Positions 1 through 14,539 of a stretch of 64,000 nt of DNA are shown piece after piece. The notes under the pieces are model-generated. The model did no database searches, was not told where the DNA came from, and saw only the letters and a program-made list of their open reading frames with translations. Position numbers and translations under genes: made by a program. The stretch's first letter is position 1. The number at the start of each line of letters is the position of its first letter. Source of the stretch: Macrostomum hystrix (lineage: Eukaryota > Animalia > Platyhelminthes); assembly GCA_950097015.1 (NCBI GenBank), contig CATNEN010000001.1:14570001-14634000 (forward strand), given 5' to 3'.

Positions 1-218
1 ATCTATTCTCACCCTGTCTCTAATCTACTCTCACCCTGTCTCTAATCTACTCTCACCCTGTCTCTAATCTACTCTCACCCTGTCTCTAATCTACTCTCAT
101 CATGTCTCTAATCTACTCTCACCATGTCTCTAATAGACTCTCTCTCGCCTGTGTCTAATCTACTCTCATCCAGTTCCTAATCTACTCTCTATCTCTATCT
201 CTAATCTACTCTCACCCT
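1..218. repeat. 22-bp minisatellite (ATCTACTCTCACCCTGTCTCTA)n, runs off the window start
   Basis: Tandem copies are visible directly and degenerate towards 218. Confidence 0.95.
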
Positions 219-301
219 AAGCTGATTTCTCAGTCAATTCCAAGCTTAAATGTCATTAGTTACGGATTGCCAGGGTGACTCAGACAGACCCTCGTCAGTA
301 T

Positions 302-3300
302 CTAGTCGGCGGGCGGTAGAAGCGCAGACGAAGAAGTGGAAAATGTAGACGAAGTTGGCGAAGCTGATAAAGACGACGCGGCCGCAATGAGGCAGTCCAG
401 ATCGGAGCCCTCCCTGCTCAAAGCGCTGCCACCAAGGCTGGGCAGTTGGTTGCCTGGCAACAGCGGCGGCGGCGGCGGCAACGGCAATTCGGCCAGATTT
501 TCGTCGTCGAAGTCTTCGCAGTTGTCGATGCTGTCTTCGTGAGGCTCGTCAGACTCGGATTGTCTAGCCAGCCCAGTCACTTGGCGGCTAGTGTCCTGCC
601 ATTTCTCAACGGACCTTCGCCTGGCGTTCATGAAGTAGTTGTTGACGGTGGACAGTTCCAGGCCAAGCTGCTCGGCGATGCTCACCTGCACCAATTTGGG
701 AGGCCGGCGAGTCTTCTTGAAGATGGCGTCCAAAGTCCGGCGCTGAATGTCTGTGAATACGATTCGCGACTTCTTGGCCGGAGGCGGGCCCGGCGAAGGC
801 GGCGCTTGGAAAATAGGCTGCTGACACCCGGTAGGCGCTGGCAGCGAGTCTTGGCGATTGACGGCTGCGAAATACAGATCGATGAAATCTATACCTATAT
901 ATACTACTACTTCTGACTGCCTAGTAGTAAGCTAAGCAGGCGGCTATCTATTTTCTAGTGTAAAAGGACATAGAAGGGTAACAGGGAGACGGGAAAAAGC
1001 AACTGAGGCCCTGAAGGAATGGGGGAAGGAAGATAGGAAACTGAAGCCCTAAAGGAACCGGGGGGAAGGAATATAGGAAACTGAGGCCCTAAAGGAACCC
1101 GGGGGGAAGGAAGATAGGAAACTAAGGCCCTGAAGGAACCGGGGTGAAGGGAGATAGGAAACTGAGGCCCTGAAGTAACCGGGGGGAAGGGAGATAGGAA
1201 ACTGAGGCCCTGAAGGAACCCGGGGGAAGGAATATAGGAAACTGAGGCCCTGAAGGAACCGGGGGGAAGGAAGATAGGAAACTGAGGCCCTGAAGGAACC
1301 GGGGGCAAGGAAGATAGGAAACTGAGGCCCTGAAGTAACCGGGGGGAAGGGAGATAGGAAACTGAGGCCCTGAAGGAACCCGGGGGAAGGAAGATAGGAA
1401 ACTGAGGCCCTGAAGGAACCGGGGGGAAGGGAGATAGGAAACTGAGGCCCTGAAGGAACCCGGGGGAAGGAATATAGGAAACTGAGGCCCTGAAGGAACC
1501 GGGGGGAAGGAAGATAGGAAACTGAGGCCCTGAAGGAACCGGGGGCAAGGAAGATAGGAAACTGAGGCCCTGAAGTAACCGGGGGGAAGGGAGATAGGAA
1601 ACTGAGGCCCTGAAGGAACCGGGGGCAAGGAAGATAGGAAACTGAGGCCCTGAAGGAACCGGGGGGAAGGGAGTTAGGAAACTGAGGCCCTGAAGGAACC
1701 GGGGTGAAGGGAGATAGGAAACTGAGGCCCTGAAGGAACCGGGGGCAAGGAAGATAGGAAACTGAGGCCCTGAAGGAACCGGGGGGAAGGGAGTTAGGAA
1801 ACTGAGGCCCTGAAGGAACCGGGGTGAAGGGAGATAGGAAACTGAGGCCCTGAAGGAACCGGGGTGAAGGGAGATAGGAAACTGAGGCCCTGAAGGAACC
1901 GGGGTGAAGGGAGATAGGAAACTGAGGCCATAGACATAAGCCTTACCAGCCAATCGCAGGAATGAAACCCGCTGCATAACGGGTTCCTGAAGCCAGCGCC
2001 ACATTTTGTGATAAGTAGCCTTGCCAGATTTCAGCTGGCTCCAGGGTTTCGGATTGCGCAACAGGTCAGATAATGTACCTTGACTGCGGCATAGAACTTC
2101 CTGAGCAAAGACTGTCTGAGGAATGTTGTAACGTTTTAACTCCTCAACAACTGCAATAGCGAGAGCCTTTGTATCCAACTCAATGTCATCCAGATCTGCA
2201 CTATTGCCAGTAATAGAATCACTGGTTAGTGAACTTAGTGTTGGTAGAGTCTGCTCCTCAGGCAAGTCTTCATTAGCAATGGCAGTGATAGGCTTGTCTG
2301 TGGATACTGAGGCCACTTTGTCTGAGAAAAAAAGCAAAATTTGTTTGCTTTTAATTAGAAATATTTAGATTAAAAGTAGTAAATAACATATAATGAACAG
2401 ATAAAAGCCAAAAAGTAGGTTGATTAAGAGAAAACGAAAACATTTCTAATGTACTCAATTAAGCAGATAAAAAAGTTAGCTATTGCTCTTTTAACCTAAA
2501 TTTGCATCTAAAAACCTAAAAAATACTTGTAATTCATATGAATATCATGACTTCACATTACCAAAAATTCAATATATATAAATAAATGCAGAATTCCACA
2601 ACTTTTAGGACACACTTAGACCTTAATTATACATAAAGTTTGTACACAGCAGATTAGAATATAGCCTAGAATAATGATTTTCTTAGTTAAAGTGGAAGTA
2701 AGGGACTTAAAATTTAAATAAAAGTAATATTGTGTTTGATAGGTTATTTTATAAAAACAGTTAAGCGAATAAAAACAAGGAATTATAAAAACTAATACTT
2801 TAGAAAACTATCTAACCTAAACTCTTGGTGTAGCACAAAGTATTCTATTATAATTCATTTCATTACATTATTTTATATCTAACTACTTTGTATATGGTTT
2901 TTAATATTATCACTAAAACTGTTTTAAAAGTCTGTTAAATTACAAGATGATAGAGTCCTAGTATGCTTTAAAATCCAAATATTGGTTTGCACATTAAACT
3001 GTCCAGTTTACTGTTTTCAGTAAACAAATATACATGTTTAATAAAATTTAGCTTACCAATCATAGGCCTAGCTGGCAGTTTTCCATGATGCTTTAAATGA
3101 ACCTTATCAGATTGAGATTCTTGTTCATTTTGTTGCAAAAAAGTGAAGCTAGATCCAATGGAATAATCTACGGCATCACTTGCATTGTCACTTGTTAGAT
3201 TTCCAGATGTTTGGCAAGCTTTACTTTGACCTTGTTGTAGAGTTATCAGAACAGGATGGTTGATTACTGTAGGAAAAATATCATCTGATGTTGGCAATGG

Positions 3301-4161
3301 CTTGGTATCACAATTATCTGTGTAGCTCAGATGATCAGAAGTAGGTATTAGGCCTGTTAGATTATAGCTGAGATATTGGTCATTTCCAGATGATTGGCTA
3401 GTAGGATATTGACTTAAGTTTAGTTTCATTCCTTCAGCTTCACTGTTATTGGCATCGCTATCTGATGGTGTTTTTTGTTCTTCAAAAATGTCATAATAAG
3501 GCTCCTGGAAATGGTTAGGATAGTCATGACAGTCATGTGTTGTTGGCCTACTCATTTCGCACTGAAGAATCTTCTCTTCTTGACCTTGTAAGATAGTTGA
3601 TGTTGACTGACATGAAACTGGTAATATAATTGGTAGCATTCCACCTGTGGAAGTTGAACAAAACATGTTCAGGAGATTGCCTTCTCTATCAAAGGCCAAT
3701 TGGTTAGATGGTCCCAGTCTAACTTCAGTAGAATCTTGGGTTCTGATTGTTGCTTCTAATGCAGGTAATGAGGATTCTATTGTTGGCTGATTTGGAGCTG
3801 CAGTTGCTAGAGTTGGCAATGCAATGATGCCGCAGAATGGCTGAGTTGTAGAAGCAATCTGGGCAGCTGAACCACAAACCAGATGTTGCGGTACCGAAGT
3901 TAGACTTAGTGGAAATTGCAGCGAAGGCGTTGATAGCATGATCGGTCCATTTAGCTGCGCTGGCTCGCCAGATAGAATGGCTAATGTTAACTGAGGATTT
4001 CCAGAAGTCGATAATTCCGATTTCGGAATACAAGCAGCTTGAAGAAGATAGTTAATTTGTTCTTGGTTAAGGCTAGAAGTGTTCAAGCTGATTGTTGTAG
4101 CTATTTGTGTGGCAGCTGGTGGAAGCTGGTAGTTCGAACAGAGATTTTCTCTAGCTGTCAT
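302..4161 (-). CDS. onecut: Onecut-class CUT + homeodomain transcription factor; exons 4161-3057, 2321-1947, 864-302 (~680 aa)
   Basis: CUT domain ELKRYNIPQTVFAQEVLCRSQGTLSDLLRNPKPWSQLKSG..MWRWLQEP; homeodomain KKSRIVFTDIQRRTLDAIFKKTRRP...VNNYFMNARRRS with the Onecut M50 residue. Both introns are GT-AG, phase 1, and join in frame. Confidence 0.93.
997..1930. repeat. ~40-bp minisatellite (GGAAACTGAGGCCCTGAAGGAACCGGGGGGAAGGGAGATA) filling Onecut intron 2
   Basis: About 23 tandem copies; explains the repetitive ORFs 955..2337 and 1122..1628. Confidence 0.95.
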
Positions 4162-5315
4162 CTTTGTAGCAGATAAACATTTATTGAGTTAGCTACTGAG
4201 AAACTCTGTTATATAACTTAGTGTACCGTAATTTGTGCAGTAGATACAATGGATGAGCTGACCGTTTATAACAAAGTCTATGACTGTCAAAAATAAAGAA
4301 AAGTTTATTTTTTTCAGAGAAACTATCAATTTAAATAATTTGTAAAGTAAATAGTTTTCCGTATTTATTCAAACAATTTTTCGTGCTTTCCGAGGCACGA
4401 TTCCACAATAATACAAAAGCTATGAGCCTAATACAATTATAGTAGTAGCATATTATTTGGATTTGTTAAAACGCCAGTTATGCCAAATGAATGCAAATTT
4501 ATGTTTTGTAACGTTAAGCGAAACTAATTCCTTGACAATTAAAAGGAAATACAGTAAAAGGAACGATTGGTTTTAACGAATAAGCAATGCAGGAATAGAA
4601 AGAGGTTTGCGCAATTTACGCAATGTGTTGTAACTTATTTTATGTAATTTTTCGCTGTGTAAAGGCAAATCTAAAAGACAATCTGATCTGATCGTACTTA
4701 AGCTCGAAAAAAACCAACTAAAGAATCATAGTTAATGAAGTATGTTATACATTTCAAATGAGCGTTATAATTAGAAACAAAAATGGATAACGGCAACGAT
4801 TTGCAAACATTTCAGCTCGTCTTAGAACAAAATGCACACTAGAAATTGGAAATATATCGTACTTGCTTTGCAAATACGGTCCATATGTTTATTTTTAATT
4901 ATAATTGCTTGAGGCAATGTTACATGCAGCGGTGGCTAACGAGAAATTCTTTAACAACAATAAAATTGCACACAATTTGTCACTTTATGGCGAATGAAAC
5001 AAGTTTTTTTGTTTAAGCTAGATACAAACGCTCGTACAAATTAATACATAAATTATGCGAATCGAAAGCAGCAAGACTGGCTGCAGTGCACGGAAATAAT
5101 ATCCCGCCCTACCAGATATAGGCCTTGCAAAACTTTTTCAATTAAATGTTCTGTTCTGTTTTATTGGAGTTCTCAGCTATTTTTTAGAGACGAAAAAATA
5201 TGGATTTACATTTCGAATTTGAATTATGTTACACAGCAACCAAAGTAAACCAAAAATACTCAAAGCATGGACAATGATAAAAATATTCGAAGACATCAGG
5301 TAAAGATAAAGACGT

Positions 5316-8300
5316 CTACCAGAGCAGCCGCTTCTCCAAGATTTCAACCGTAATTCGCTTGCGAAAGTAGGGCATGTTGGCCTGAAATTGGAGACGTTAT
5401 CAGCTTTAGTTTACGCCAATTTAACTAGACACAACCTGAGGATCTAGGGGATAGGGATAACAGACTCAACCTGAGGATCTAGGGGATAGGGATAACAGAC
5501 TCAACGTGAGGATCTGGGGGATAGGGATAACAGACTCAACCTGAGGATCTGGGGATAGGGATAACAGACTCAACCTGAGGATCTGGGGGATAGGGATAAC
5601 AGACTCAACCTGAGGATCTGGGGATAGGGATAACAGACTCAACCTGAGGATCTGGGGGATAGGGATAACAGACTCAACTTGAGGATCTGGGGATAGGGAT
5701 AACAGACTCAACCTGAGGATCTGGGGGATAGGGATAACAGACTCAACCTGAGGATCTGGGGATAGGGATAACAGACTCAACTTGAGGATCTGGGGGATAG
5801 GGATAACAGACTCAACTTGAGGATCTGGGGGATAGGGATAACAGACTCAACCTGAGGATCTGGGGATAGGGATAACAGACTCAACCTGAGGATCTGGGGG
5901 ATAGGGATAACAGACTCAACCTGAGGATCTGGGGATAGGGATAACAGACTCAACCTGAGGATCTGGGGGATAGGGATAACAGACTCAACCTTAGGATCTG
6001 GGGATAGGGATAACAGACTCAACCTGAGGATCTGGTGGATAGGGATAACAGACTCAACTTGAGGATCTGGTGGATAGGGATAACAGACTCAACTTGAGGA
6101 TCTGGGGATAGGGATAACAGACTCAACCTGAGGATCTGGGGATAGGGATAACAGACTCAACTTGAGGATCTGAGGATAGGGATAACAGACTCAACTTGAG
6201 GATCTGGGGATAGGGATAACAGACTCAACCTGAGGATCTGGGGATAGGGATAACAGACTCAACTTGAGGATCTGGGGATAGGGATAACAGACTCAACCTG
6301 AGGATCTGGGGATAGGGATAACAGACTCAACCTGAGGATCTGGGGATAGGGATAACAGACTCAACCTGAGGATCTGGGGGATAGGGATAACAGACTCAAC
6401 CTGAGGATCTGGGGATAGGGATAACAGACTCAACCTGAGGATCTGGGGGATAGGAAACAGACTCAACCTGAGGATCTGGGGATAGGGATAACAGACTCAA
6501 CCTGAGGATCTGGGGATAGGGATAACAGACTCAACCTGAGGATCTGGGGGATAGGAAACAGACTCAACCTGAGGATCTGGGGATAGGGATAACAGACTCA
6601 ACCTGAGGATCTGGTGGATAGGGATAGCAGTCTCAAACTGAGGATCTGGGGGGGATAAATGCTTAAAAGAACAGAGAGTCACCTGAGAGAAAGTGAAGTC
6701 TCGCAGCTTGCAATAAAAATCGGCAAATTTGCAGACAAAGACGCCACAGTCGGAGCCATTCTCCTGCTGCGGCGCGCCAGTCTCGCGGATCAATTGAAAC
6801 TCGGATAGGCCGGGCAGTTCGGCTCCGGACTTCTTATCCCGATGCTCCTCAGCCAAGTACTGGCGCATCAATGGCAGGCAGCTGGCTCCGCTGCCCATGG
6901 AGAGGCTGTCCAGGTAGATGATGTGACGCGATCGCAGGTCTACGATGCACAGAGTCCAGTGATTGTTGTGCAGGTGCACTGGACATAGAAGGATTTCGCA
7001 ATCGAATATGTCCACCTGGATAGGAATCACGACCGCTCAGTTATAAACACAAGCTTGAGGGGGTGGGGGGAAGACAGCGTAAAACCCTGAACTATTTTAT
7101 AAAGCAAGTCCTGTACGAGTACAGCAGTCCCTAAAAAATCTAGATTAGTTCTCGCAAACTCAAATAAATCCCGCTCAGATTTAGCAATCCCTAAGACATC
7201 GTTATTACATACAAAAAAATAATCATAATTAGGTCTAGCATATTCAAAGAAATCACAACCAGGTCTAGCAATCCACTTGACACCCTTATCAGATTTAACA
7301 ATCTTAAAGCAATCATAATTAAATCCAGCAATCCCATAACAAATGCCGCTCAAATCCTAATTAGTCGCAAAGGAATCCTAAATAAATCCCCCAGTTCCAA
7401 AGAAATCCCTGTTAAATTTAGCAATCCCGAATAAATCACTATTATATTTAGCAATCCCAATGAAATCCCTATTAGATTTAGCAATCCCAATGAAATCCCT
7501 ATTAGATTTAGCAATCCCAATAAAATCCTATTAGATTTAGCAATCCCAAAAAAATCCCTAATAGATTTAGCAATCCCCAAAAATCCCTATTAGATTTAGC
7601 AATCCCAAAAAATCCCTAATAGATTTGGCAATCCCAAAAAATCCCTAATAGATTTAGCAATCCCCTAAAATCCCTAATAGATTTTGCTAACCCAAAAAAT
7701 CCCTAATAGATTTGGCAATCCCAAAAAATCCCTAATAGATTTGGCAATCCCAAAAAATCCCTAATAGATTTGGCAATCCCAAAAAATCCCTAATAGATTT
7801 GGCAATCCCAAAAAATCCCTAATAGATTTGGCAATCCCAAATAATCCCTAATAGATTTTGCTAACCCAAAAAATCCCTAATAGAGTTAGCAATCCCAAAA
7901 AATCCCTAATAGATTTAGCAATCCCAAAAAATCCCTAATAGATTTAGCAATCCCAAAAAATCCCTAATAGATTTTGCTAACCCAAAAAATCCCTAAAATA
8001 TTTGGCAATCCCAAAAAATCCCTAAAATATTTGGCAATCCCAAAAAATCCCTAATAGATTTAGCAATCCCAAAAAATCCCTAATAGATTTTGCTAACCCA
8101 AAAAATCCCTAAAATATTTGGCAATCCCAAAAAATCCCTATCAGATTTAGCAATCTCAATGAAATCAATAATATATTTAACAATCTCAATGAAATCCTCT
8201 CAGATCTAGTAATCTAAAGATGATAAAGTCCAAATAGAATCCAGGTAGAAAATCCAGGATCCCACTTAGAAATTCTAAAACGATCCAAATTAGATATTTA

Positions 8301-11300
8301 TATAGAAACCTAATTAAACCACAAACCAGCCAACGAAAACCCCAAAAAGGCTATATATTATGTTACCTTTCTGGTCCAGCGTCGAACAGAGGCGTATCCG
8401 CTAGACGACAGTTTTGTATAGAAGAAGGTTGAGAACGCGTGCACTTTAGGCAGGCCAGGGCCGCCAGACCTGGCAGCAATCAGCTGCATATAGAAGTTCA
8501 CAATGTTATCATTGAGCCAGTTTAGTCCGGATAGGGAGCGCATCTCCTCTCTGGTCACTCGAAGGCTGAAACCTTCGGCCAGGACGTCTCCGCCGGGTAG
8601 CTGTCGGGACCAGGCACGCTCCACGGCTAGCAGCTGTTCGTCAGTGAGTTCTGGAAACTCCGGCTCCGATTCCTCTTCCTCGGCTAGCTCAGGCGGCGGG
8701 GTCGGCGGCGGCTCCTCGTATTTGTAGGGCAGGACTGGCAGTTCGCGTTCGGCTAGCTTGAGATTGCGAGTCACCCTGGCAACTAGATCGCGCTCGTCCG
8801 CTTCGCGCTGGTGAGTTTTGGGGAAGAAGTTAGGGAATAAGATTGGTAGAGGATTTAATAATATCCATATTAAACAATAAGATTTCATACGAGCGCGTAT
8901 TATCCTAGATGAGGAATAAAGACGTAAAATTATCCCCTACTGAAAAATCAAGACATCAATTCATCCCTATTCTGGAAGGAAGACTATAATTTATCCCTAT
9001 TGAGGATGGAAGACTATAATTTATCCCTATTGAGGATGGAAGACCATAATTTATCCCTATTGAGGATGGAAGACTATAATTTATCCCTATTGAGGATGGA
9101 AGACTATAATTTATCCCTATTGAGGATGAAAGACTATAATTTATCCCTATTGAGGATGGAAGACTATAATTTATCCCTATTGAGGATGGAAGACCATAAT
9201 TTATCCCTATTGAGGATGGAAGACTATAATTTATCCCTATTGAGGATGGAAGACTATAATTTATCCCTATTGAGGATGGAAGACTATAATTTATCCCTAT
9301 TGAGGATGGAAGACTATAATTTATCCCTATTGAGGATGGAAGACTATAATTTATCCCTATTGAGGATGGAAGACTATAATTTATCCCTATTGAGGATGGA
9401 AGACTATAATTTATCCCTATTGAGGATGGAAGACTATAATTTATCCCTATTGAGGATGGAAGACTATAATTTATCCCTATTGAGGATGGAAGACTATAAT
9501 TTATCCCTATTGAGGATGGAAGACTATAATTTATCCCTATTGAGGATGGAAGACTATAATTTATCCCTATTGAGGATGGAAGACTATAATTTATCCCTAT
9601 TGAGGATGGAAGACTATAATTTATCCCTATTGAGGATGGAAGACTATAATTTATCCCTATTGAGGATGGAAGACTATAATTCATCCCTATTGAGGATAGA
9701 AGACTATAATTTATCCCTATTGAGGATAGAAGACTATAATTCATCCCTATTGAGGATGGAAGACTATAATTTATCCCTATTGAGGATGGAAGACTATAAT
9801 TCATCCCTATTGAGGATGGAAGACTATAATTCATCCCTATTGAGGATGGAAGACTATAATTCATCCCTATTGAGGATAGAAGACTATAATTTATCCCTAT
9901 TGAGGATGGAAGACTATAATTCATCCCTATTGAGGATGGAAGACTATAATTCATCCCTATTGAGGATGGAAGACTATAATTTATCCCTATTGAGGATGGA
10001 AGACTATAATTTATCCCTATTGAGGATAGAAGACTATAATTCATCCCTATTGAGGATGGAAGACTATAATTTATCCCTATTGAGGATGGAAGACTATAAT
10101 TTATCCCTATTGAGGATAGAAGACTATAATTTATCCCTATTGAGGATGGAAGACTATAATTCATCCCTATTGAGGATGGAAGACTATAATTTATCCCTAT
10201 TGAGGATAGAAGACTATAATTCATCCCTATTGAGGATAGAAGACTATAATTCATCCCTATTGAGGATAGAAGACTATAATTTATCCCTATTGAGGATGGA
10301 AGACTATAATTTATCCCTATTGAGGATGGAAGACTATAATTTATCCCTATTGAGGATGGAAGACTATAATTCATCCCTATTGAGGATAGAAGACTATAAT
10401 TTATCCCTATTGAGGATGGAAGACTATAATTCATCCCTATTGAGGATAGAAGACTATAATTTATCCCTATTGAGGATGGAAGACTATAATTCATCCCTAT
10501 TGAGGATGGAAGACTATAATTTATCCCTATTGAGGATGGAAGACTATAATTTATCCCTATTGAGGATGGAAGACTATAATTTATCCCTATTGAGGATGGA
10601 AGACTATAATTTATCCCTATTGAGGATGGAAGACTATAATTTATCCCTATTGAGGATGGAAGACTATAATTTATCCCTATTGAGGATGGAAGACTATAAT
10701 TTATCCCTATTGAGGATGGAAGACTATAATTTATCCCTATTGAGGATGGAAGACTATAATTTATCCCTATTGAGGATGGAAGACTATAATTGACCCCAAT
10801 TGAACAATGAACACTTTAATTTATCCCTACTGATCGGAATGAAGGCTTCAAATGATCCCAATTGAGGCATTAAGACTTCAAATTATCCCAATGAGAAATG
10901 AAGACCTAACACAAGCTCATTACCTTCTTAGCCCAGTACTGCATCTTGAGATTTTCTTCAGTCGTCGTGCCATGTATATAAGTCTTCAACGACTGCGAGG
11001 AAGTTTTTCTGTGATGAAGAAATTCGCGAATCAATTAAAATATACTGATTTATGCTACAGAAGAATAACGAAAACCTGTGTAAATAACAGACATATTTAC
11101 TTACATATCGTCCAGCCAATCGGAGGACAGGTATTTGCAAGGAGAAAAAATTTCAGTAACGGATTTCGGCTCCTCAATAGAAGTGATGACGCAATCTTCG
11201 TCGTCTTGATTGTCCCCAGATGAGGATGGAGCTGCGATGCGGGCCAGTAAAGAGCGATGAGCAATTGAGATATGTATCTCAACAGTAATAATAATAATAA

Positions 11301-14300
11301 TTGCAGGAGGGTTGTGGTCAATGGCACATCATTTGGTGACGCTAAACCAGCAGCACCAGTGTGGGGGCAATTCTGCCCATTCCTGAGCACACACGCACAC
11401 AGATACCGTACGCAGGCACACACTCACACAGGTGTGTACATCTGCCCTGGCTTTCTTATCGTCAGGCAGTGTACACTCTCACTGTGCCTTGGAGGTTGGC
11501 CCTCAATTACGTAAATTTCACGACAAGCCTCCAAGCCTTCTCTCCGCGGCTGCGCCCCAAATGAATGTGGCCTCGCCGCGGAATCGAGCTCAGGGACCTT
11601 GGTGTAAGAGGCAAACGCGTTAGATCACTCTGCCAATCACCCCCTTATGCCACCTGACAATCATTTATACTACTTATCACATTAAACACCTTTTTTCTAA
11701 ACAATCTTATCAGATAAAAAGTACCAATAGCTTATATTTTTATAACTTTATAAGTCGCAAATCTTATCTTTCGGCCTTACAACCGGGTAGGGAGACATTT
11801 AGATAAAAATACATTATATCTGTTTGCCACTCACCAGCATAATAATGAGAATTTTCGCTGCCTGCTTGTTGCCGGTGCCTAACGTCGTGGGTTCGAATCT
11901 GAGCATCAGCGGATGGTGCCGCAGCAGCCAGCGGAGATTCAGCGGCCGCAGCAGCGGTAGCGCCAGCTAAAGACTTGGGCACAGTGCTGGCTTCAGTTGA
12001 TGCAGCATTCTTTGCTCTAATAGCATTGAACATCGCTGTAACGACTAGCGGAGTGGAATGGACACAAGTCTGTTGTGGCACTGCTGCCACCGACTCAGTT
12101 CGATGCTTGCGAAGATCTGGGCGCTGGATTGAGACCGGCTGAGGCTGCTCAAACAGCCGACTCGAATTCAAAGGCGGAGACTAAAACAGAATGAGAATTC
12201 TAAATTCTTAACAAAAAAAATCATTTTTTAACTGAAAACGCTCACTATATTACTTACAGCCGCAGTAATAGAATCGTGTCGAAAATAATAATCCGGCAGA
12301 TTAGTCAACTGGCTTAGTACAGTCAGTCTGGTGCCTGAATTGTTGTTGCCAGTTCGCGGCCGCCAGGCTGATTGATCCTGCTGACGTCTAGCACCGCAGT
12401 GACTCTGACTGTTTACAAACAGGGCAGTTATAAGCTATTTGAATATTGATGCTGCATAAAAAAATAATAAATAATAGGTGGAATAGAATCATTAAATATG
12501 GACAACTAATTTTAAAAACTTACTCAATACCAGCTCGTCGACTAATCAATGAAGTGGAGCTTCGACCAGCAAAGATGGCTAGGGTCTCTTTGGAGAACCT
12601 GAAGTCAGCTTGTTCAATATCCTGCATTGTTTTTTGGGGGAAAATGTGAACATTGTATAAGCTTTAAACCAATTGCGAAAGTTAATGTGCAAGATAACAA
12701 GATATAAATTAAGAGTTTACACCTACCAAAGTCCAGGTACCTTGGCTTTCAGCGCCTGAGCAGACCTTTTTACTAAAATGTTAAAAACAATTAAATTAAT
12801 TCCTTTTTGTTTCACAAATTCTAAAGGTCTTTAGGGGTGTCAGCCACAACAACTATGGAAAAAAATAAAACAAATCTAGAAAATGCAACACAATTCAGCA
12901 AGTAACATTAAAAATTATTCAAAATAGAAATTTTAACAAAAATACATTTTTGTATATAAACTATTTTAAAGGACTTGTACAAGATAATTTAGAGAAACAT
13001 TTAAAATTAGACTATTTGGCTGTCTTTTAAGACTATTCGAACTAAATCAAATATTTGTTTAAAAAACTATTTCAAACAAAACAAAATTTATATAAGTTTA
13101 GACAAAATTAATAGAAGCAAAAGAATTTTAATGAATTTCTTAACCTAGGCTAAGTAGTATTTAAACTAAACAACATTATATGAATTAAAATAACAAAGTT
13201 ACTTATTTCAGTTGGGGTAGAAATGGATAAGTACTAGGTCATAAGATGTAAAGTATCTTCTATGTCAATAACTTGCTGGCCAATAACTAGGTGGCTAGGC
13301 CATAATCATTTTTATTGCTATATGAATTGAAACATTACTGGAGCAAATTGGGGCCTATGTAGATGGCACCCTAAATGTTCAGGGAAATATTCTGAGTACT
13401 AATAGATATTGATCCAATGCTCCAATAATCAAAAGTTTGCCTGTACACTGATTCTGAGCACTTAAGAGGTAATATGATTGCATTTTTTATTCAATGTTGG
13501 TGTGACACAGTTTTTATAGTGAAGCATAGCCTAGTAAAGGGGTAGATATGGCAGGAGCAAGGCATAGTAGGATATGGCACTAGTATTATTAATCTATTGA
13601 TGAGCCTAAATAGCACTGCTCTGAGCTAAAAAATGTAAAGTGCCTAACGCATATCTATCTCTGTAACCATAGGGAAAAAAACATTTCAGCTGATATATGT
13701 CTAGCATATAAAAAAATCTAATTACTGTGGCACATGATAGGTGGCATGCTTAGTACAGTGCCCTGGTGTTGCCTTTTCCTATAGGGATGCACAGGCAAAA
13801 ATTGTTTTTAGCTTGTCATATTTTTTAGCCAAAATTTTACAGTTACTAGTGGCTGGTGTGTTGAGATTTTACATCATGTCTGTAAACTTAGTGCCAAAAT
13901 TCTAATAAGGACATCCCTACTGAACTTTGATCAGAATTTCTGATACTGACATTAGGTAAAGGGACATTGCATAGGCCCCTACTTCTTAGGCCCTATTACA
14001 ATATGGACATAACTAAGGCCTAGAAAGATAATAATTTTAAAACAGCCTTATAGGCCTAGCTATTATCTGCATGCAATTAGCAAGAGCCACAAGATACTGT
14101 CAAAGTATCTAATTGGCAGATGGCTAAGAAGGCCTAACTGATAAGATGTGATATTACTATAAGGTAGAATTTAACCATATATGTTTAAATTTAGCTAGCA
14201 TCGTGCTAGACATATGTCTACACAATCATATAGTTATCCCTGCAAGCTTTAGGATTTACTTAAAAGCAAATGCTGTGAATCAAAGTCAAAATTCATTGTA

Positions 14301-14539
14301 TTACTAATGAAAATATACTTTGCTAAAAGTCTTGAATGAAAATGTAAAATTTCATAGCATAATGATGAAATTTATAAATCTTACATGTTTTCAGTTGAAC
14401 TCGTGTTTTCTTCTGGTGCTTTTCTTTTTCTAGTTTCTAATTGAGTAGCAGGAACCTCAAAGTTTTGGTTTTCTACAGGCTCTGCGAGTTGTTGTATTCG
14501 ACTTGGCGGCCAGAAAAAGTTTCGAATGAAGCTTAGCAT
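5316..14539 (-). CDS. SENP1: SENP1/2-like SUMO-specific protease (Ulp1/C48 peptidase); exons 14539-14385, 12772-12727, 12621-12524, 12408-12258, 12180-11835, 11231-11105, 11008-10924, 8807-8367, 7015-6683, 5381-5316 (~615 aa)
   Basis: Motifs LNWLNDNIVNFYM, FSTFFYTKL, VRRWTRKVDIF, catalytic His (HNNHW), Asp (YLDS) and Cys (PQQENGSDCGVF), and C-terminus MPYFRKRITVEIL. All nine GT-AG junctions are phase-consistent. The N-terminal exons are less certain than the protease exons. Confidence 0.9.
5430..6650. repeat. 34/35-bp minisatellite (CAACCTGAGGATCTGGGG[G]ATAGGGATAACAGACT) in the last SENP intron
   Basis: Tandem copies; alternating 34/35-bp units give the 23-aa repeat ORFs. Confidence 0.95.
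7130..8200. repeat. 29-30-bp minisatellite (AATCCCTAATAGATTTAGCAATCCCAAAA) in a SENP intron
   Basis: Homogeneous core at ~7450-8140 with degenerate flanks. Confidence 0.9.
8930..10900. repeat. 30-bp minisatellite (TGAGGATGGAAGACTATAATTTATCCCTAT), ~60 near-identical copies, in a SENP intron
   Basis: Near-perfect 30-bp periodicity with two recurrent SNP variants. Confidence 0.97.
11284..11645 (-). mobile_element. tRNA-derived SINE (family A) copy in a SENP intron
   Basis: Reverse complement of the element at 23411-23770, with a (TTA)n tail at ~11286-11301. Confidence 0.88.

Noticed and set aside
8956-10793. 512-aa and 597-aa ORFs, and similar repetitive ORFs at 955-1930, 5466-6022, 21852-22688 and 41333-41708
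   Set aside because: They are read-throughs of intronic tandem repeats, and the host genes splice across them.
8930-10900. CRISPR-like ~30-bp periodicity
   Set aside because: The units are head-to-tail with no unique spacers, there are no cas genes, and the context is a eukaryotic intron.
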